64,000 nucleotides of DNA from Callorhinchus milii (Eukaryota): positions 35,590,001-35,654,000 of the forward strand of contig NW_024704742.1 of the NCBI RefSeq assembly GCF_018977255.1. Direction: 5' to 3'. Both the position numbers and the translations under genes were made by a program. Positions 11,501-24,801 of the stretch are shown here, piece after piece. The notes below the pieces were generated by a model. That model was not told where the DNA came from and ran no database searches. It saw nothing but the letters and a program-made list of their open reading frames with translations. Every line of letters begins with the position of its first letter. Position 1 is the first letter of the stretch.

Positions 11501-14500
11501 TAGGCAAGCAAAGTAAAAAGGTATGTTGGATTTCACCAAGGTGGACATGTTTTAGCAATCATCACCTTTCCCCACACTCACGCAGCTTAATCGAGACGAA
11601 TGTAATTGAGTCGCAGGTTTTAATGTAATGATTTACTGTAAAATTCTTGATCAGTACGTATTAAGTGCGCTTTGCGAACTATCAATATAAGAGTCGATAA
11701 TGATGAGTGTCATATGTGCTGCTGTCAATAATAGAGTAAGAATACATGTGAAATTCACTGATGACCTAATTTATCGGTCAGTAATTAATAAGAAGGCGTT
11801 TTTCAACATTAAAACTTATTGCACGCTGAAAACTTCGGTTTAAAAGAGCAAAGCTGTTGAACCTGCATGTTTGAACTTGTGGAATTAAATTAGGTTGGTG
11901 GGATTAATAACTTCAAAGTAGGCGACAAGGACGTTTTATAAAACTGGTAATGAAAAGGTAGGTTAACAGAATAGAATTGTTTTCATACCACGAGCTAAAC
12001 TGTTAGCAATCATATGAACTCAGTAGTACTAAAATGTAAATGTAGTTAACAAAGCAGCGTGTTATCCCAGAATGTGTGACAATTTGTTAATGAAGTGGAC
12101 GAGATTACTTGTATAGATTCGCTAACGCTCTTTTAATAAATGCAGGGAATGCACTATAATTAGGCAGTAACAGCAAGAATTTTACTGAATGACCCTTTTT
12201 GTCAATTTTTATTCTCGAAAATTGGGGAAGTTTCAAATGTTTGACCAGCAATAGGTAAGACCCAGACAAAACTGTTTTTATTACTATCTCTAAAACACTT
12301 GAACACAGCCAGCGAATTCTTATTAAATGATAAATTAAAGGGGAAACTGTATATTTTAAGATGGGTTCTTCCTACACTGGGCAAATATTATGCTTTGTGG
12401 GACAAAACATGATTCACTTTTCTAAACTCAGTTTGTATTCTAAATAACATTGCGTTGCCCAGCACAGAATATGTCATATGTTACTCTTATCCCCGCCTTA
12501 ATCTCCATATTAATTCCGAAAGGAAATATTATGTGATGCCCCTGTTAATCTGATAATGAATTACTTTAATTCTTGTCTATTTATCGTTACAGTAAATAAA
12601 TTTCTGCATTTGGTGAATATAACTATGAGTAAACTTTTTTTATGATTATTGAAATTACCAGTTTAAGTTTAACAGAAAATATCCAGAAGCATAGAAATAA
12701 AATATTACTCATATGAAGCTCTGTGTTCGACTCTTCTGCAGCCAACGATGGGGGGAATGAATAAAGGATAGTGTTTGCTGGTTATTTGATTTACTTAGGT
12801 AAGACCGAAGGTTATTTGTTGCTTTTAATCAACCATTTGGGCATTGAAACGTGCGAAAATACACTCTCCCGCCCATTTATAATAGTGATAAATAAGAATT
12901 ATTCAAAAGTTCTACTCTTCCTATTAAATGCAAACGTGGGACAGACAATCGGTGATATTGATGTTGTGGACTTAGGTAAAGTTCTGTTCACAAATAAAAT
13001 ATAGTAATTTAGATGCACTGATGTAATCCAATCAAACTATAAAATTCGAAGTAAATTTATGGAGATGATACAAAAAAATGCTCTCACGTTTCGGCTATAG
13101 ACTATTGATTATTTAGCTACACTGTATTTATGTTTGAAAAGCAACACAAAAATATCTAATCCAGCTATTCAGAATAATTGCATTTATCTGAATACGTGTG
13201 CTTGAGAAATAAACTACATGCGGATTTATCTCATTTTCCCATAAACATTATTTTCTTTTGCTGTAAACATTCTTTTCCATAAACATTGTTTTTTTTTTGG
13301 TAATTCTCACAACAGTTATGGACATCAACTGTGATTCAGCTACAACAAATGTACTTAATGCCATATATAAATAAATACGGGACTAAGTATGAAAAGGCTT
13401 CTATCTAAGGGGGAAAGTTTTCTAACTGTAATTAATCTCAGCTTTCCTCTGACTGCACGTAGAACTATACAGGAGCACTCGGGGTATCTGTAATTGGCAC
13501 ATTGTCACCGGTTCACGATCCATCGGAAGAAAAAGATATTACACATTCAAAAGAGTAAGGTATTAATCTGAGGAATACTACTCTCAATTTGAATTAATGA
13601 TTTAAAAAAAACACACAGGATCATTATAATACAAATGATTACTAGTGGTAATATACAGACCAGACAACTGCAACGTTTTTTTTCTGAAGCCTTTAACGCT
13701 ACTCAGCCATTTGCAAACTTTCAGCATCATTTGTGCGCCACATTCATCCCACATTTGGGGAATTTGCTCCAAAATGTACTTAAATGCCTCACATTCGGTA
13801 CTTCGTTCTCAATTCATTTTGCAATTGTCGTTTTTTTCTCTCAATAGAACAATGTTTTATTTGACGAAGCAAATCGGATGATTTTATTATTTTTTTTTAA
13901 AAAAATCACCGATCATGACAATAAACAAATGAATCCCCAAAGGACCGGGTCATGTTCGAGACCAGTTCTGAGTTGCGTTTCGTGAAGGAATCTTACCAGG
14001 GCCGATGCAATTACAACACGTCAACTATGCAAACAACTACTGTCACTAACTTTAACTCGAATACAAGCAGGTTTTGCTCGTAACGGTACCCCCACGGTCC
14101 CTGCAGATGGAATTGTTTACTGGGGGATCCGTCCCTGTTACCGTGATGATTCGCAATCAGTGTCAGCCCTGATAAACCTGTCTGTGGTGCACGTTGTGTT
14201 CCTCTGCCCTGGCAATGGTCCCCCGTCACGCACAACGCTGCTGTTATGGTGGAGGCAGATGGCCACTGATTGGGTGAGCTTTGTGGTTTTAATGCTGAAT
14301 AGTTTATGGGAAGGGGTTTATCATGCATCGTTGGTCAGAGGCGCAATGGGAGGAGATTTATGGCGATAATATATCAATCCCTTTTTGCGTGTTTTATCTC
14401 CAGAATATCGCAAACCAATTTTGCATCAAACTTCAGCTTTTAAGCAATCTTCTTTATTTTATTCCCCCCCCCCACCCCACCCCAAACGTTTAATCTAAAA

Positions 14501-15269
14501 CTCGGAAAGGTTTTACTCTATTCGCGCCGATCACTTATTTTCCTCAGCCCAAACCGCAATAAACGACACAGGAATGATATGAATTAAAAGGTATTCGCTG
14601 TGAGTTCGTGTTGTGTGGTGTAATATGCTGATTCAAAACGTAGCAAAATAAATACCAAAAGTGGGCATATTGTAATTTTTGGAATATGCTGCAATGCTAG
14701 TTTTTATTTCTTAAGCCTCCATGAGTTGTGCAATGTGCTTCTTTTTAAAAAAAATCCCCCCCGCAAGCCCTGATTAAGCAAAACAAGACCGAATTCAATA
14801 TTTTCCTATTTTATTTTCACTACGTGCTATTTATGGTTTGGCATATAAGTCGCTATTAGTTCCAGTTTAATGCCCCACTTGAAGCTATATAGGGTTCATT
14901 ATGCTGTAATTCAGCGGAGAGGATTCCTAATTCTGAAAATGCAGCAGCAGAAAAATAATGTTTTGAGTGACAGCTTCTACACTTCACACTTGATTCACAA
15001 AATGCATTAGTTAGAGAAGTAATGTAGTCACTGGTATTTTATAGCACATACTAGCTATATGGTATTGCATGTAATCCGTGTAGTATCCCGGTAATATAAA
15101 ATTATGATACGTATATAGCGATAAACACTACATCTCTATTGGAAATGTGGATTGTTGACCGACGTGTAAACCTATTTGGAATGAATAAGCGCTTTGAGAC
15201 GCCCTCCCAACATGAAAGGCGCTTTACAAATGTAAAATTGTTGTGCAGAAAGTGTGCTTATCTGTTTAA

Positions 15270-15500
15270 GTACATACACGTGTATATAATAACGTACGTG
15301 TGTGCACGTATGTACATGTATGTATCTGGATTCGTGTGTGCATATATGTCAATGCATATGTACATGCATGTATATGTCTATGCATGCACGCATATGTGTT
15401 CCTGTAATCATACATTAACAGATAACATGTAGACGTGTAAATAGATATGTATATATGGGTATGTGAGATGGTGAGCACATGTGAATGAATGTATGTACCT
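15270..15500. repeat. Alternating purine-pyrimidine low-complexity tract (TA/TG/CA)
   Basis: Visible composition. Confidence 0.8.
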
Positions 15501-17489
15501 AGAAACCCCCACCCCCTCGGGATCATTTGCAGTCAAACGCGTGCCTGAAATGCTCAAACCGTGAGGGAAATCAGGGCAGATTTTGGTTTGATTTGTTGGG
15601 GGCTTTTTTTTAAAAAAAGAAAAAAGCAGATAGACAAACGAGATGCAATAATCTGAGCGCCTCGTGTCCACAGATGGGAATGGCTCCCCCCCCACCCCCA
15701 CCCACACCCACACACACACACACACAGCTCTGCAACGTCTGCACCCACACAGTGAATCGCCCATCAATTTCCAGCTTCTAAACGAACGGTCGGAGGAGGC
15801 TCTCACGAGTTGCAAATGAGGGAAACTTTCCAGTTTTGCCATGTTTGTAAACTATCCAACTGAGAGGCGTGAAGCACTCAGTGGGGAGCTGGTGTTGCGA
15901 AAAGGCGAAAGCTTCGCCGGAATCGAAGGGGACCCAATCCCTTTTTATGCATCGGGACTTTCACGCTTTCACAGCGCGTTTAATTTGCAGATTTTACGTG
16001 CAACTGGCAGCAGCCCTCACATTATGAATTACCAGATCGTGGTGAGGCTAATAAATTATTAATAGATCGGTGTGGGGGTGGGGGGGGTGGGGGGGGATTA
16101 AATCTGGCTAAACAATATGTCGCGTGATATTTTTTTTGCCAAAAAAAACAATATTTTCAGTATTATCGCAAGCACTGTACATCTTGCAGCTCTTTCCTTT
16201 TAAGGTCCGGTTTTTTTTTTTTTTTGGGGGGGGGGAGGGAAATAAGGGTTTGACTAGATACGGATGAAAACCCAGGGAAAGTCACAAATGCACACAAGCG
16301 ATATTTATTTTAACATATTTATTTTCCTGCATAATCTCAGCTGTCAGCTGCAAGCAATGTATTTGTCTTTGTGTGTGTGTGTGTGTGTGTGTGTGTATAA
16401 GAGTTCATCAACCCTATACTTTAAAATACTGTAGTTGTATCTATAAATGTGTGTGTGTGTGTGTATAAAAGCCCTCCTCGTAGTAAAATAGAAATCCTTG
16501 CAATTGAATGTTTAGGACGAGAGAGTGAGAATCACCTTTGCAGCAACTTTCCTTGACTTCTCCTGTAAAAGCCTTTAAACTGTGTCTCTCTGAAAGAGCA
16601 GCAGAAGCGGGGAGTTTGTGGTCGAATAACCCGGGGGGGGGGGGGGGGACTTGGCCGGGTCTGGGTCACTGTGTCTGTTATGGCGGTGTCCTGGGATAAC
16701 CGCTGGGTTGATGTACAGAGGTGTGTGTGTGTGTATATATATATATATAGCCCAACAGGGCCCGATCGGGGCGGGTTCACATCCAACTGGACGGGTTTTT
16801 TGGGGTTGTCGCTGTGTTACAAAAAGACGGCTTTGGACGGGTGTCTAATTATCATTATTTTTCGAGAGAAAAAAATCATTTCAATCCGCAAAACGAGTTT
16901 CTCCTTCCTCCCTCCCCCCCACTGACTCCCTCCCTCCCCCCCCCACAACTCCCCTTTGCAGACCTTTTTTTTTTAAACACCCAGTTTCAAAAGCACAAAC
17001 CTGGTGGGACTTCTCTGCTGTAGCCCCTTCCTTGGCGATGCGTAAAAACCGGGCTACACGTTTTGGGGCTCTGCTGTGCTTTGGGTGGACTTTGGGCTAC
17101 GAAACCTGATTTTATTTTCTGCCCCTAAACGCTGGCGGCGGCGGCGGGGGGGGTGTGCGGTGGGGTGGGGGGGTGCGGTGGGGTGGGGGGGTGTGGTGGG
17201 GTGTGGGGGGCTTCCCGGGTCTGAGCCCCGCCACCGCCTCGGTCTAAATCAGCGGGTCAACCCCACCGCCGGCGGTGATGGGGACATGATGGTGAGGATG
17301 AGAGGGAGGAGGGGCGGGATGCGGGATGCGGGGGGGAGGGGGTGGGGGGGCGATGCTGTTTTCCGTATCCAAACGGATGAGGGACGAGGCATGAGATGGG
17401 AGGCGGTGTGGGGGGTGGTCGGCAGGTACAGAGGAGAGGGCTGCGCCCGTGTCCAGTGGGAGTGGAGTCGGGAGCAGCAGCGTGTGAGG

Positions 17490-18035
17490 GTCAGTGTGGG
17501 GGGTGGGGGGGGTGGTATGGGGGGGGGTGTGGTGTGAGCGGAGGGTGTATGTGTGGTGGGGGCTGTGAGTGGGGAGGGGTGTGGGGGGGTGAGGGGAGGG
17601 TGTATGTGTGGGGGGTGCTGTGAGGGGGGGGGGTGAGGGGAGGGTGTATGTGTGGGGGGTGCTGTGAGGGGGGGGGGGTGAGGGGAGGGTGTATGTGCGG
17701 TGGGGGCTGTGAGTGGGGAGGGGTGTGGGGGGGGTGAGGGGAGGGTGTGTGTGTGGGGGTGTGAGTGGGGGTGTGAGTGGGGGGGTGTGAATGGGGGGTG
17801 TGGGGGGGGCTGTGAGTGGGGGGTGTGGCGGGGGCTGTGAGTGGGGGGCTGTGAGTGGGGGGCTGTGAGTGGGGTGGGGGTGTGGGGGGGCTGTGAGTGG
17901 GGGGCTGTGAGTGGGGGTGGGCTGTGAGTGGGGGGCTGTGAGTGGGGTGGGGGTGTGGGGGGGCTGTGAGTGGGGGGCTGTGAGTGGGGGTGGGCTGTGA
18001 GTGGGGGGGCTGTGAGTGGGGGGGGGTGTGTGAGG
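17490..18035. repeat. G-rich tandem array, ~15-bp unit gggggctgtgagtgg
   Basis: Directly visible tandem repeats. Confidence 0.9.
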
Positions 18036-18599
18036 GGAGGCGGGTGGGGGGAATAGCTGTCTGCAGATTGCCGGTGAGTGGGGGTGGTGGGGGGATGGAG
18101 TTGCCCTCAACCAAAATACCACCCCCCCTCACCCCACACCCACCCAAAAAAAAAATCATGTTTGATTCCCGATCTTCACTCCCCGCCTCCTCTGGGTGGC
18201 AAAGCGGGCGATTTGGGGTTTAGTGTGTTTTTGAAACTGTGTCAGGAAAAAAGATCTTTATTTTTTTGTTTAAAAAAAAACACGTTTTTGCAGGTTTACA
18301 ATCATTGTTGTAAAATATATCTATTAGGAAACCGCCCAAAGCCCTCTCTGTTTTACACACATACACACAACACACATCACAATAAAATCACGAAACACAT
18401 CGCACACCCCAATTGGGTGTGAACTCGCCCCAATTTGGCCACGTTGGAGATGGACGGTGAGTGGAAGTGTTGATGGAGGGGGTGGGGTGGAGAGGGAGGT
18501 TAGGAGTAGGTGAAAGTGCTGATGGTGGGGAGGCGTAGTTGCCTGGAGACGCTCAGAGAAAATGTTGAGGGGTAGTCTGGGGGTGAGTGAGTGGATGGG

Positions 18600-20090
18600 T
18601 GACAGTGGGGGAGGTGTGTGTGTGTGTGTGTGTGTGTGAGATTGTGAGAGAGATGTTGGTGGGTGTGAGTAATGTTGGTGTGTGTAGGTGAGCGTGATGG
18701 TGGTGTATGTGTGTGTGTGGGGGTGGGGGGGGGGGGTTGTGAAAGTGGTGTCTTGTGCGTTTGTGGTGATGTGTATGTGTGGGTGAGTGAGAGTGGTGGT
18801 GGTCTGTGTGTGAATAGTAGTAATAGTAGAGTGGATGTGGTTGAGAGTAGTGGAAGTGATATGTATATGTATGTGTTGGGCGGGGGGTGAGAGTGATAGT
18901 TGTCTGTGTGTGTGAGGGGTGGTGGTGTATATATGTGTGTGGGGGTAGGGGGTGTGAGAGTGGTGTGTGTGTGGATGGGTGGGTGAGAGTGGTGTGTGGG
19001 GGGGTGAGAGTGGTGTGTGGGGGGGTGAGAGTGGTGTGTGGGGAGGTGAGAGTGGTGTGTGGGGGTGAGAGTGGTGTGTGGGGGGGTGAGAGTGGTGTGT
19101 GGGGGGGTGAGAGTGGTGTGTGGGGGGGTGAGAGTGGTGTGTGGGGGGGTGAGAGTGGTGTGTGAGTGGGGTGAGAGTGGTGTGTGAGTGGGGTGAGAGT
19201 GGTGTGTGTGGGTGGGGGTGAGAGTGGTGTGTGTGGGTGGGGGTGAGAGTGGTGTGTGTTTGTGTGGGGGGGTGAGAGTGGTGTGTGGGTGGGGGTGAGA
19301 GTGGTGTGGGGGTGGGGGTGAGAGTGATGTGGGGGTGGGGGTGAGAGTGATGTTTGGGTGGGGGTGAAAGTGGTGTGTGTGTATGGGGGGATGAGAGTGG
19401 TGTGTGGGGGGGGTGTATGAGCGTGGTGTGTGTGGGGTGTATGAGAGTGGTGTGTGTGTATGGGGGGGGGGGTGAGAGTGGTGTGTCTGGGTGGGGGTGT
19501 ATGAGAGTGGGAGGGGTGTGTGGGGGGGGGGTGTATGAGAGTGTTGTAGGGGTGGATGAGAGTAGTGTTATGTGTGGGGGGTGAGAGTGATGTGTGTAGA
19601 GGGGTGAGAGTGATGTGTGTGGGGGGGGGGGTGAGAGTGGTGTGTGTGTATGGGGGGGTGAGAGTGGTGTGTGTGGAGTGGATGAGAGTGGTGTGTGTGT
19701 GGGGGGGGGGGGTGAGAGTGGTGTGTGTGTGGGAGAGGGGGTGAGAGTGGTGTGTGTGTGGGAGAGGGGGGTGAGAGTGGTGTGTGTGTGGGGGAGGGTA
19801 TGAGAGTGGTGTTGTGGGGGGGTATAAGAGTGGTGTGTGTGGGGGGGTGGGTGGGTGAGAGTGATGTGTGTAGAGGGGTGAGAGGGCTGTGTCGATGGGG
19901 GGTGGATGAGAGTGGTGTGGGAGGGGGGTTGTGGTGTTGAGAGTGGTGTGTGTATATGTGTGAGTGTTGGGTGGTGGGGGGGGGGGGGGGGGCGGTGGTC
20001 TGCTGGTGGTGGGGGGTTGCCTGGAGACGGGAGGCGAGTGGGTGTGTGCTGTGGGAGGGAGGGATGGAGGGATGGAGGGGGGGAGGGGGG
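18600..20090. repeat. G/T-rich tandem array, ~21-25-bp unit gtgagagtggtgtgtggggggg
   Basis: Directly visible tandem repeats with extreme G+T strand bias. Confidence 0.9.
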
Positions 20091-20364
20091 GTCTGCAGTG
20101 TCACGCCTCATTGGGCAGATTATCTCCACCAAACAAAGTGTCTGCCACTCGCGATCGGGCCATATGTAACTCTCCACGGCCTCGCCCGTCCGTCCTCCCA
20201 CCACCACCACCGACCAACCCACCCACCCACCCACCGACCAACCCACAGACCCACCGACCAACCAACCCCCCACTTCTTAAATCGGAAGACAACATCACCG
20301 TCACTTTCGCCCACGATGCCATTGATCTGACAACGCGGAGACAGGAAAGAGAGAGACAGACAGA

Positions 20365-20398
<34 letters not shown>

Positions 20399-20609
20399 AG
20401 CGCAACGTCCACAGCTGCTGCCCGGGTCCCCATCTCGATCGCATCATTCTCCTCCTCCTGCACACATACCCCACCCCCCTCACCCCCCACCCCACCCCCC
20501 CACCCACCCCAAAAAAAAGGCTTTGAAAAGCGAGCGAGCGAGGGAGAGAGAGAGAGAGGAATTCAGATTCTCTTTGTAAACGGGTCTCTCTCCTGTTTTT
20601 TTTTAACTG
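20091..20609 (+). promoter_or_regulatory. PRDM8: Candidate PRDM8 promoter and non-coding first exon
   Basis: CpG-rich unique sequence with ATTGG (20110), AACAAAG (20132) and CATATG (20161). Strong donor CTG|GTGAGT at 20610. The acceptor at 22568-22569 lies only 14 nt before the ATG, so an upstream non-coding exon is required. Start site not determinable. Confidence 0.5.
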
Positions 20610-22583
20610 GTGAGTGTTTCACTTTTCTTTTTTTTCCCCCCCCATAAATGCTGATTTCTGTTGAGGGTGGGAAGAATTACATCCTCATTAAAGCGCCCCC
20701 CTTTTTGACGCCTCAAGCGACGCGCGACCTGATTTGCAGCAAAGCGTTTAATATTGGGCATTTTTGTTTAAAAAAACAATACGTTTGCTGCGACTGTGCA
20801 TCTTTTTATTGCATAAATCTGGAAAGAATAAAAGGATGTAGAAAAGAGGTTTTCCTTTCTCGTGATCAGGTGGGGCTTTTTAATGTGTATATATATATTT
20901 TTTTTTAAAAAATCACTTTCTGATGAATGCTGAACTGAGATGAGCTTTTGTTTCAAAGCTTCTGCGCTGCACTGAGAAACCGCTTTAATTCCCCGAAGTT
21001 GCATCCAATGTGCTGACCATCCGGTGCTTCTGTGCAGCGAAAGCTGTGCGATCAGAATGGCATTTGGCTGTCGTTGTAATGCGGGTTTACTGAGGGTTCG
21101 TTTGTCATTGCCTGTTCGTGGGGGAAAAAATAGTTAAACATCAAACCCTTGGCGTTTTTTCGCACTTGAGATGGATCAGGGTAAGCTTCGTCTTATGATT
21201 TTTAGTAACTTTATGTTGTGTCGGGCTTTAAATTGAAAGCACTCCTGCTTTAGCAGACAAAGATCAGTGAATTTGCTTCTCTGTGCATCTCTTTTTCTGA
21301 GGGGAAGCCTCAATGAACACTTATATTTGCGATTAGACATGCCGGAGTCTCGAGAATGTCAGGTGTAAGTGCACTGCCGGGTAAAGCATTGGGTAAAAAG
21401 TCGCACGGTGGAGCGAAATTTCAAAGTCACTAAGACATTAAGTATAATATGCCTCATTGCAAATCGTTATAAATCGGCGGTTACTTTAAAAACACGTAGA
21501 GCCATTATATGTGACATTTGTTTTTATAAAGCTACCGCTGCAGAAACGTGCGGTTCAAAGTCTTGCGCTCAAAGAGTGATTTCAAATGAATCGGGAATCT
21601 GCGCCGGGGACCCGCACGATTGGCGCTGAACTCATTCAAACGGAGAAGGGTACCAGAGATGCAAAACTCTCCTCCTGCTATCCCCCCCCCCCCCCCCCCC
21701 CCCCCCCACCCCGCCTTCCCCTTACATTTCAGATCTCACAAGCCACATTTGACCGAATCTCTCCCCGTGTAGAACAAGGTAACTGGGATTTACCCTCATC
21801 CATAAATAACCGTGTCGAGGTAAAATGATTAACTCTGCTTGCTGCTTTTAATTAAAGTCTCAGAGGGAAAGTGCTGTATTATGGTAATGAGATGCGCGGA
21901 CGAGGAAGACATACGTTCCTTTTTGTAGAAAGATCTAAAGGTTATCTGACGTGAAATCACTAAAAAAAAATGACAGGACATTTTCAATCCATTTCATTTG
22001 CACTTCTAGACATGGGAACGGTGTAATGTGATGCTTGTTGCTAAATGGCTTCGCCTGCGTTCAACTAAAGGAGCAGATCGGACTCGGTGGCGATCCTGTG
22101 AGGCAACCTTCGGATTTTCATTTGTTTTGACAGGATATGCATTGGCAACTTTGGGTTATGTGCTATCACGAATATAGTAAAAGGAGGTCTGAGTTGCGAT
22201 TCCAGTAATTATGACATTTGAAGATGAGTGTGTTCACATGATTCACGATGCAGTCTGCACAAATAAAACACAATTTGGAATGACCGCAGTTGCCATGAAA
22301 TCAGCACTGCTGTTAAGCTTGGCAAAAAAAACAACTATTTAGCGACAAAACGCTATCTTTCAAAATACATACTTAGGTTCTTGCCAGCGTTGGATGTCAC
22401 ACTGATTTCATGGGATGTGAGATTGAAAGAGATGCACTTGCTCCAAAGTGGGCTCTGACTTTGCAGTTTCAGACATCAGCATTCGGAAATCGCGTTAAGA
22501 AGCTTAAAATATTTATATGGTTGTAAATGGTGAAGCATTAAGTTGATTTGGTTGATTGTTTCCTCGCAGGACAAGGCTGGGAC

Positions 22584-22805
22584 ATGGATGATTCAAGTAT
22601 CCACAAAGGAATTTGGGAGAGCGATGCCAGCAAAGCCGTCCAGCAGTGTCTAACTGATATTTTCACAAGCGTTTATACAACCTGTGATATTCCCGAACAT
22701 GCCATTTTTGGACCCTGTATACTGAGCCACACGTCCTTGTACGACAGCATCGCTTTCATCGCACTTAAATCAACCGACAAGAGGACGGTTCCCTATATTT
22801 TTAGG
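22584..22805 (+). CDS. PRDM8: PR/SET domain zinc finger protein 8, coding exon 1
   Basis: MDDSSIHKGIWESDASKAVQQCLTDIFTSVYTTCDIPEHAIFGPC...KRTVPYIFR matches the PRDM8 N-terminus. Acceptor cag| at 22569; donor AGG|gtaaga, phase 0. Confidence 0.97.
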
Positions 22806-23733
22806 GTAAGATCACTTTGAACGTTTTTTTCTGTTCGGCTCATAAATGTCCCTCCCGTTTGGGAATAGCGGTTTTTCTGGGACAGTCACCAATGCACGGA
22901 ATGTCACTCGTCACATCTGATGTCGTCTTTGATTTTACCCACCCAGGCTGTAGGTTTGTGTTGTGTTTGGTGCTTTCACATATCACCCCGGGTTTCTCTC
23001 CGACTTTCTTAAAATGCATTTCTAACTTGACGCTTTCTGTCTTGTCGCGATTTTCCCCCCTTCGCAAACAGTGCAAAATAAACTCACAGGTTACACACAA
23101 GCTGCCCAGTGCCTACCCACTGGGCAGCTTTCTCACGCTGTGGTATTGGAAATTGAGAGTAGGCTGAAGAGTGGCCAAACACGACACCAATGCTAAGCTG
23201 AAGCGCGTTCAAACCGGACTTCCCACCTAACTGTCGCCATATTATACATCTATATTTTTAATGACTTCATGAACCACTCACTGCAGAGGTTCACCACAAG
23301 TGATAGATAGTTCACTTGAGGTACGATTTATCTACGATTATTACTCACGTCATTACTGATAACACTAACTGCGTGGCGTGGCTTTGGGAAATCTGAACGT
23401 GGAAGGCATTTTAAACTGTGCTTAAATGTTGGATGTTCAAAGTCTTAGTTCCAATCGCAGATGTAGCCAACGCCAATTAAATCACCGGAACATTTCTCGG
23501 CTGTGGTACTCGGCAATAATATGAAGGATGGTCCGGCTCCTGGAGATTCACTGTCATCTGTAACTGTATAAGGTCTTGGATCCTCCGACAGCGATCCGAA
23601 TACTAAGGTTGATTTGATGTTTAGTGGGATTTGAGCGAGGCCGTGTCCGGAGAAATGCAGTGCACACGTGAAGTCATTGGTAACCGGTCATCATGAGTGT
23701 GGCTCATGTTCTCTTCTATGCACTTCACTGCAG

Positions 23734-23965
23734 GTCGATACTTCGGCAGCGAACAGCAACTCCGAGGGTTTAATGTGGCTCCGACTGGTCCAGTCGGCCA
23801 GAGATAAAGAGGAGCAAAACCTGGAGGCCTACGTGAAAAACGGGCAGTTGCTTTATCGGTCTCTGAGACGGATTGACAAGGACGAAGAGTTACTGGTGTG
23901 GTATGGAAAAGAACTGTCAGAGCTGCTCCTACTCAGCAACATCAGGGCACAGGCCAAGATGAACG
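23734..23965 (+). CDS. PRDM8: PRDM8 coding exon 2 (PR domain C-terminal half)
   Basis: VDTSAANSNSEGLMWLRLVQSARDKEEQNLEAY...EELLVWYGKEL. Acceptor ctgcag|, donor G|gtgag, phase 1. Confidence 0.97.
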
Positions 23966-24801
23966 GTGAGCAGAGAATTCACAAAATCTGGCCTCGCAAA
24001 TGCACCCCTTCCTCCAAATAACGACGACAAATGCCTCCACTCTGATTCACATGCACAGTGTGACCCATCCCCGTATAAGTCTGGGCGAAGAAAAATATGT
24101 GCCATTTAATTAATCAATATTTCCCTCGTGTACTTTTTGCACTTCCCGTTGCACGAACTGTAACATTCAGATCACCTAATTCTCTTGAGCTTTATTAAAA
24201 TCGCAGATGATTGTAATTTAACAGATAGACCGATAGGGCGGGTCCATACACAAGGCAGCATACAGTCGGTTAGCACTAACACATGCAAAATACGTTCACA
24301 GAGGTAAGCGAAGATTAACTCGTGTTAATGGATTGAACAGACGCACAGAGCGAAATATAGATGGAGACCACTCACGTGGGAAATCCGAGAACCATTTCGC
24401 ATTAAAGGCGGTGGACGGGGAAAAAAAATGACCGAATAAAATGCTGCCCAAGCAAACGGGGAGAGGAGTGGGGGGGGGAGTGGGGGGGTGGGGGGGGGGG
24501 AGGCACACGAGTACCTCTTTCTTTTTTTAAAAAACACACACACACACGCACACACAAACGCGTTATCTATCACGGAATGGAGTGTGTGTGGTGTGTGTGT
24601 GTGTGTGTTTTTTCTCGCGGGTTTAAAATACGCGCCCGTCACCTCCGTGATTTATTGGGGGGGGGGGGGCTGTTAAAATCAGCCAAACGCTGGAAATTCC
24701 GATTGCCTTGTGAGAGTGAGTTTAATCTCCTTTTTTTTTTTTTAAAAAAAAATAAAAAATAAAAAATAAAAAATAAAAAACGGTGTGCTCGGTTCACGCA
24801 G

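Noticed and set aside
17244..20273. Long His/Pro/Thr-rich ORFs (292 aa, 649 aa) and their Gly/Val-rich antisense ORFs
   Set aside because: Translations of stop-poor simple tandem arrays; no domain or splice support.
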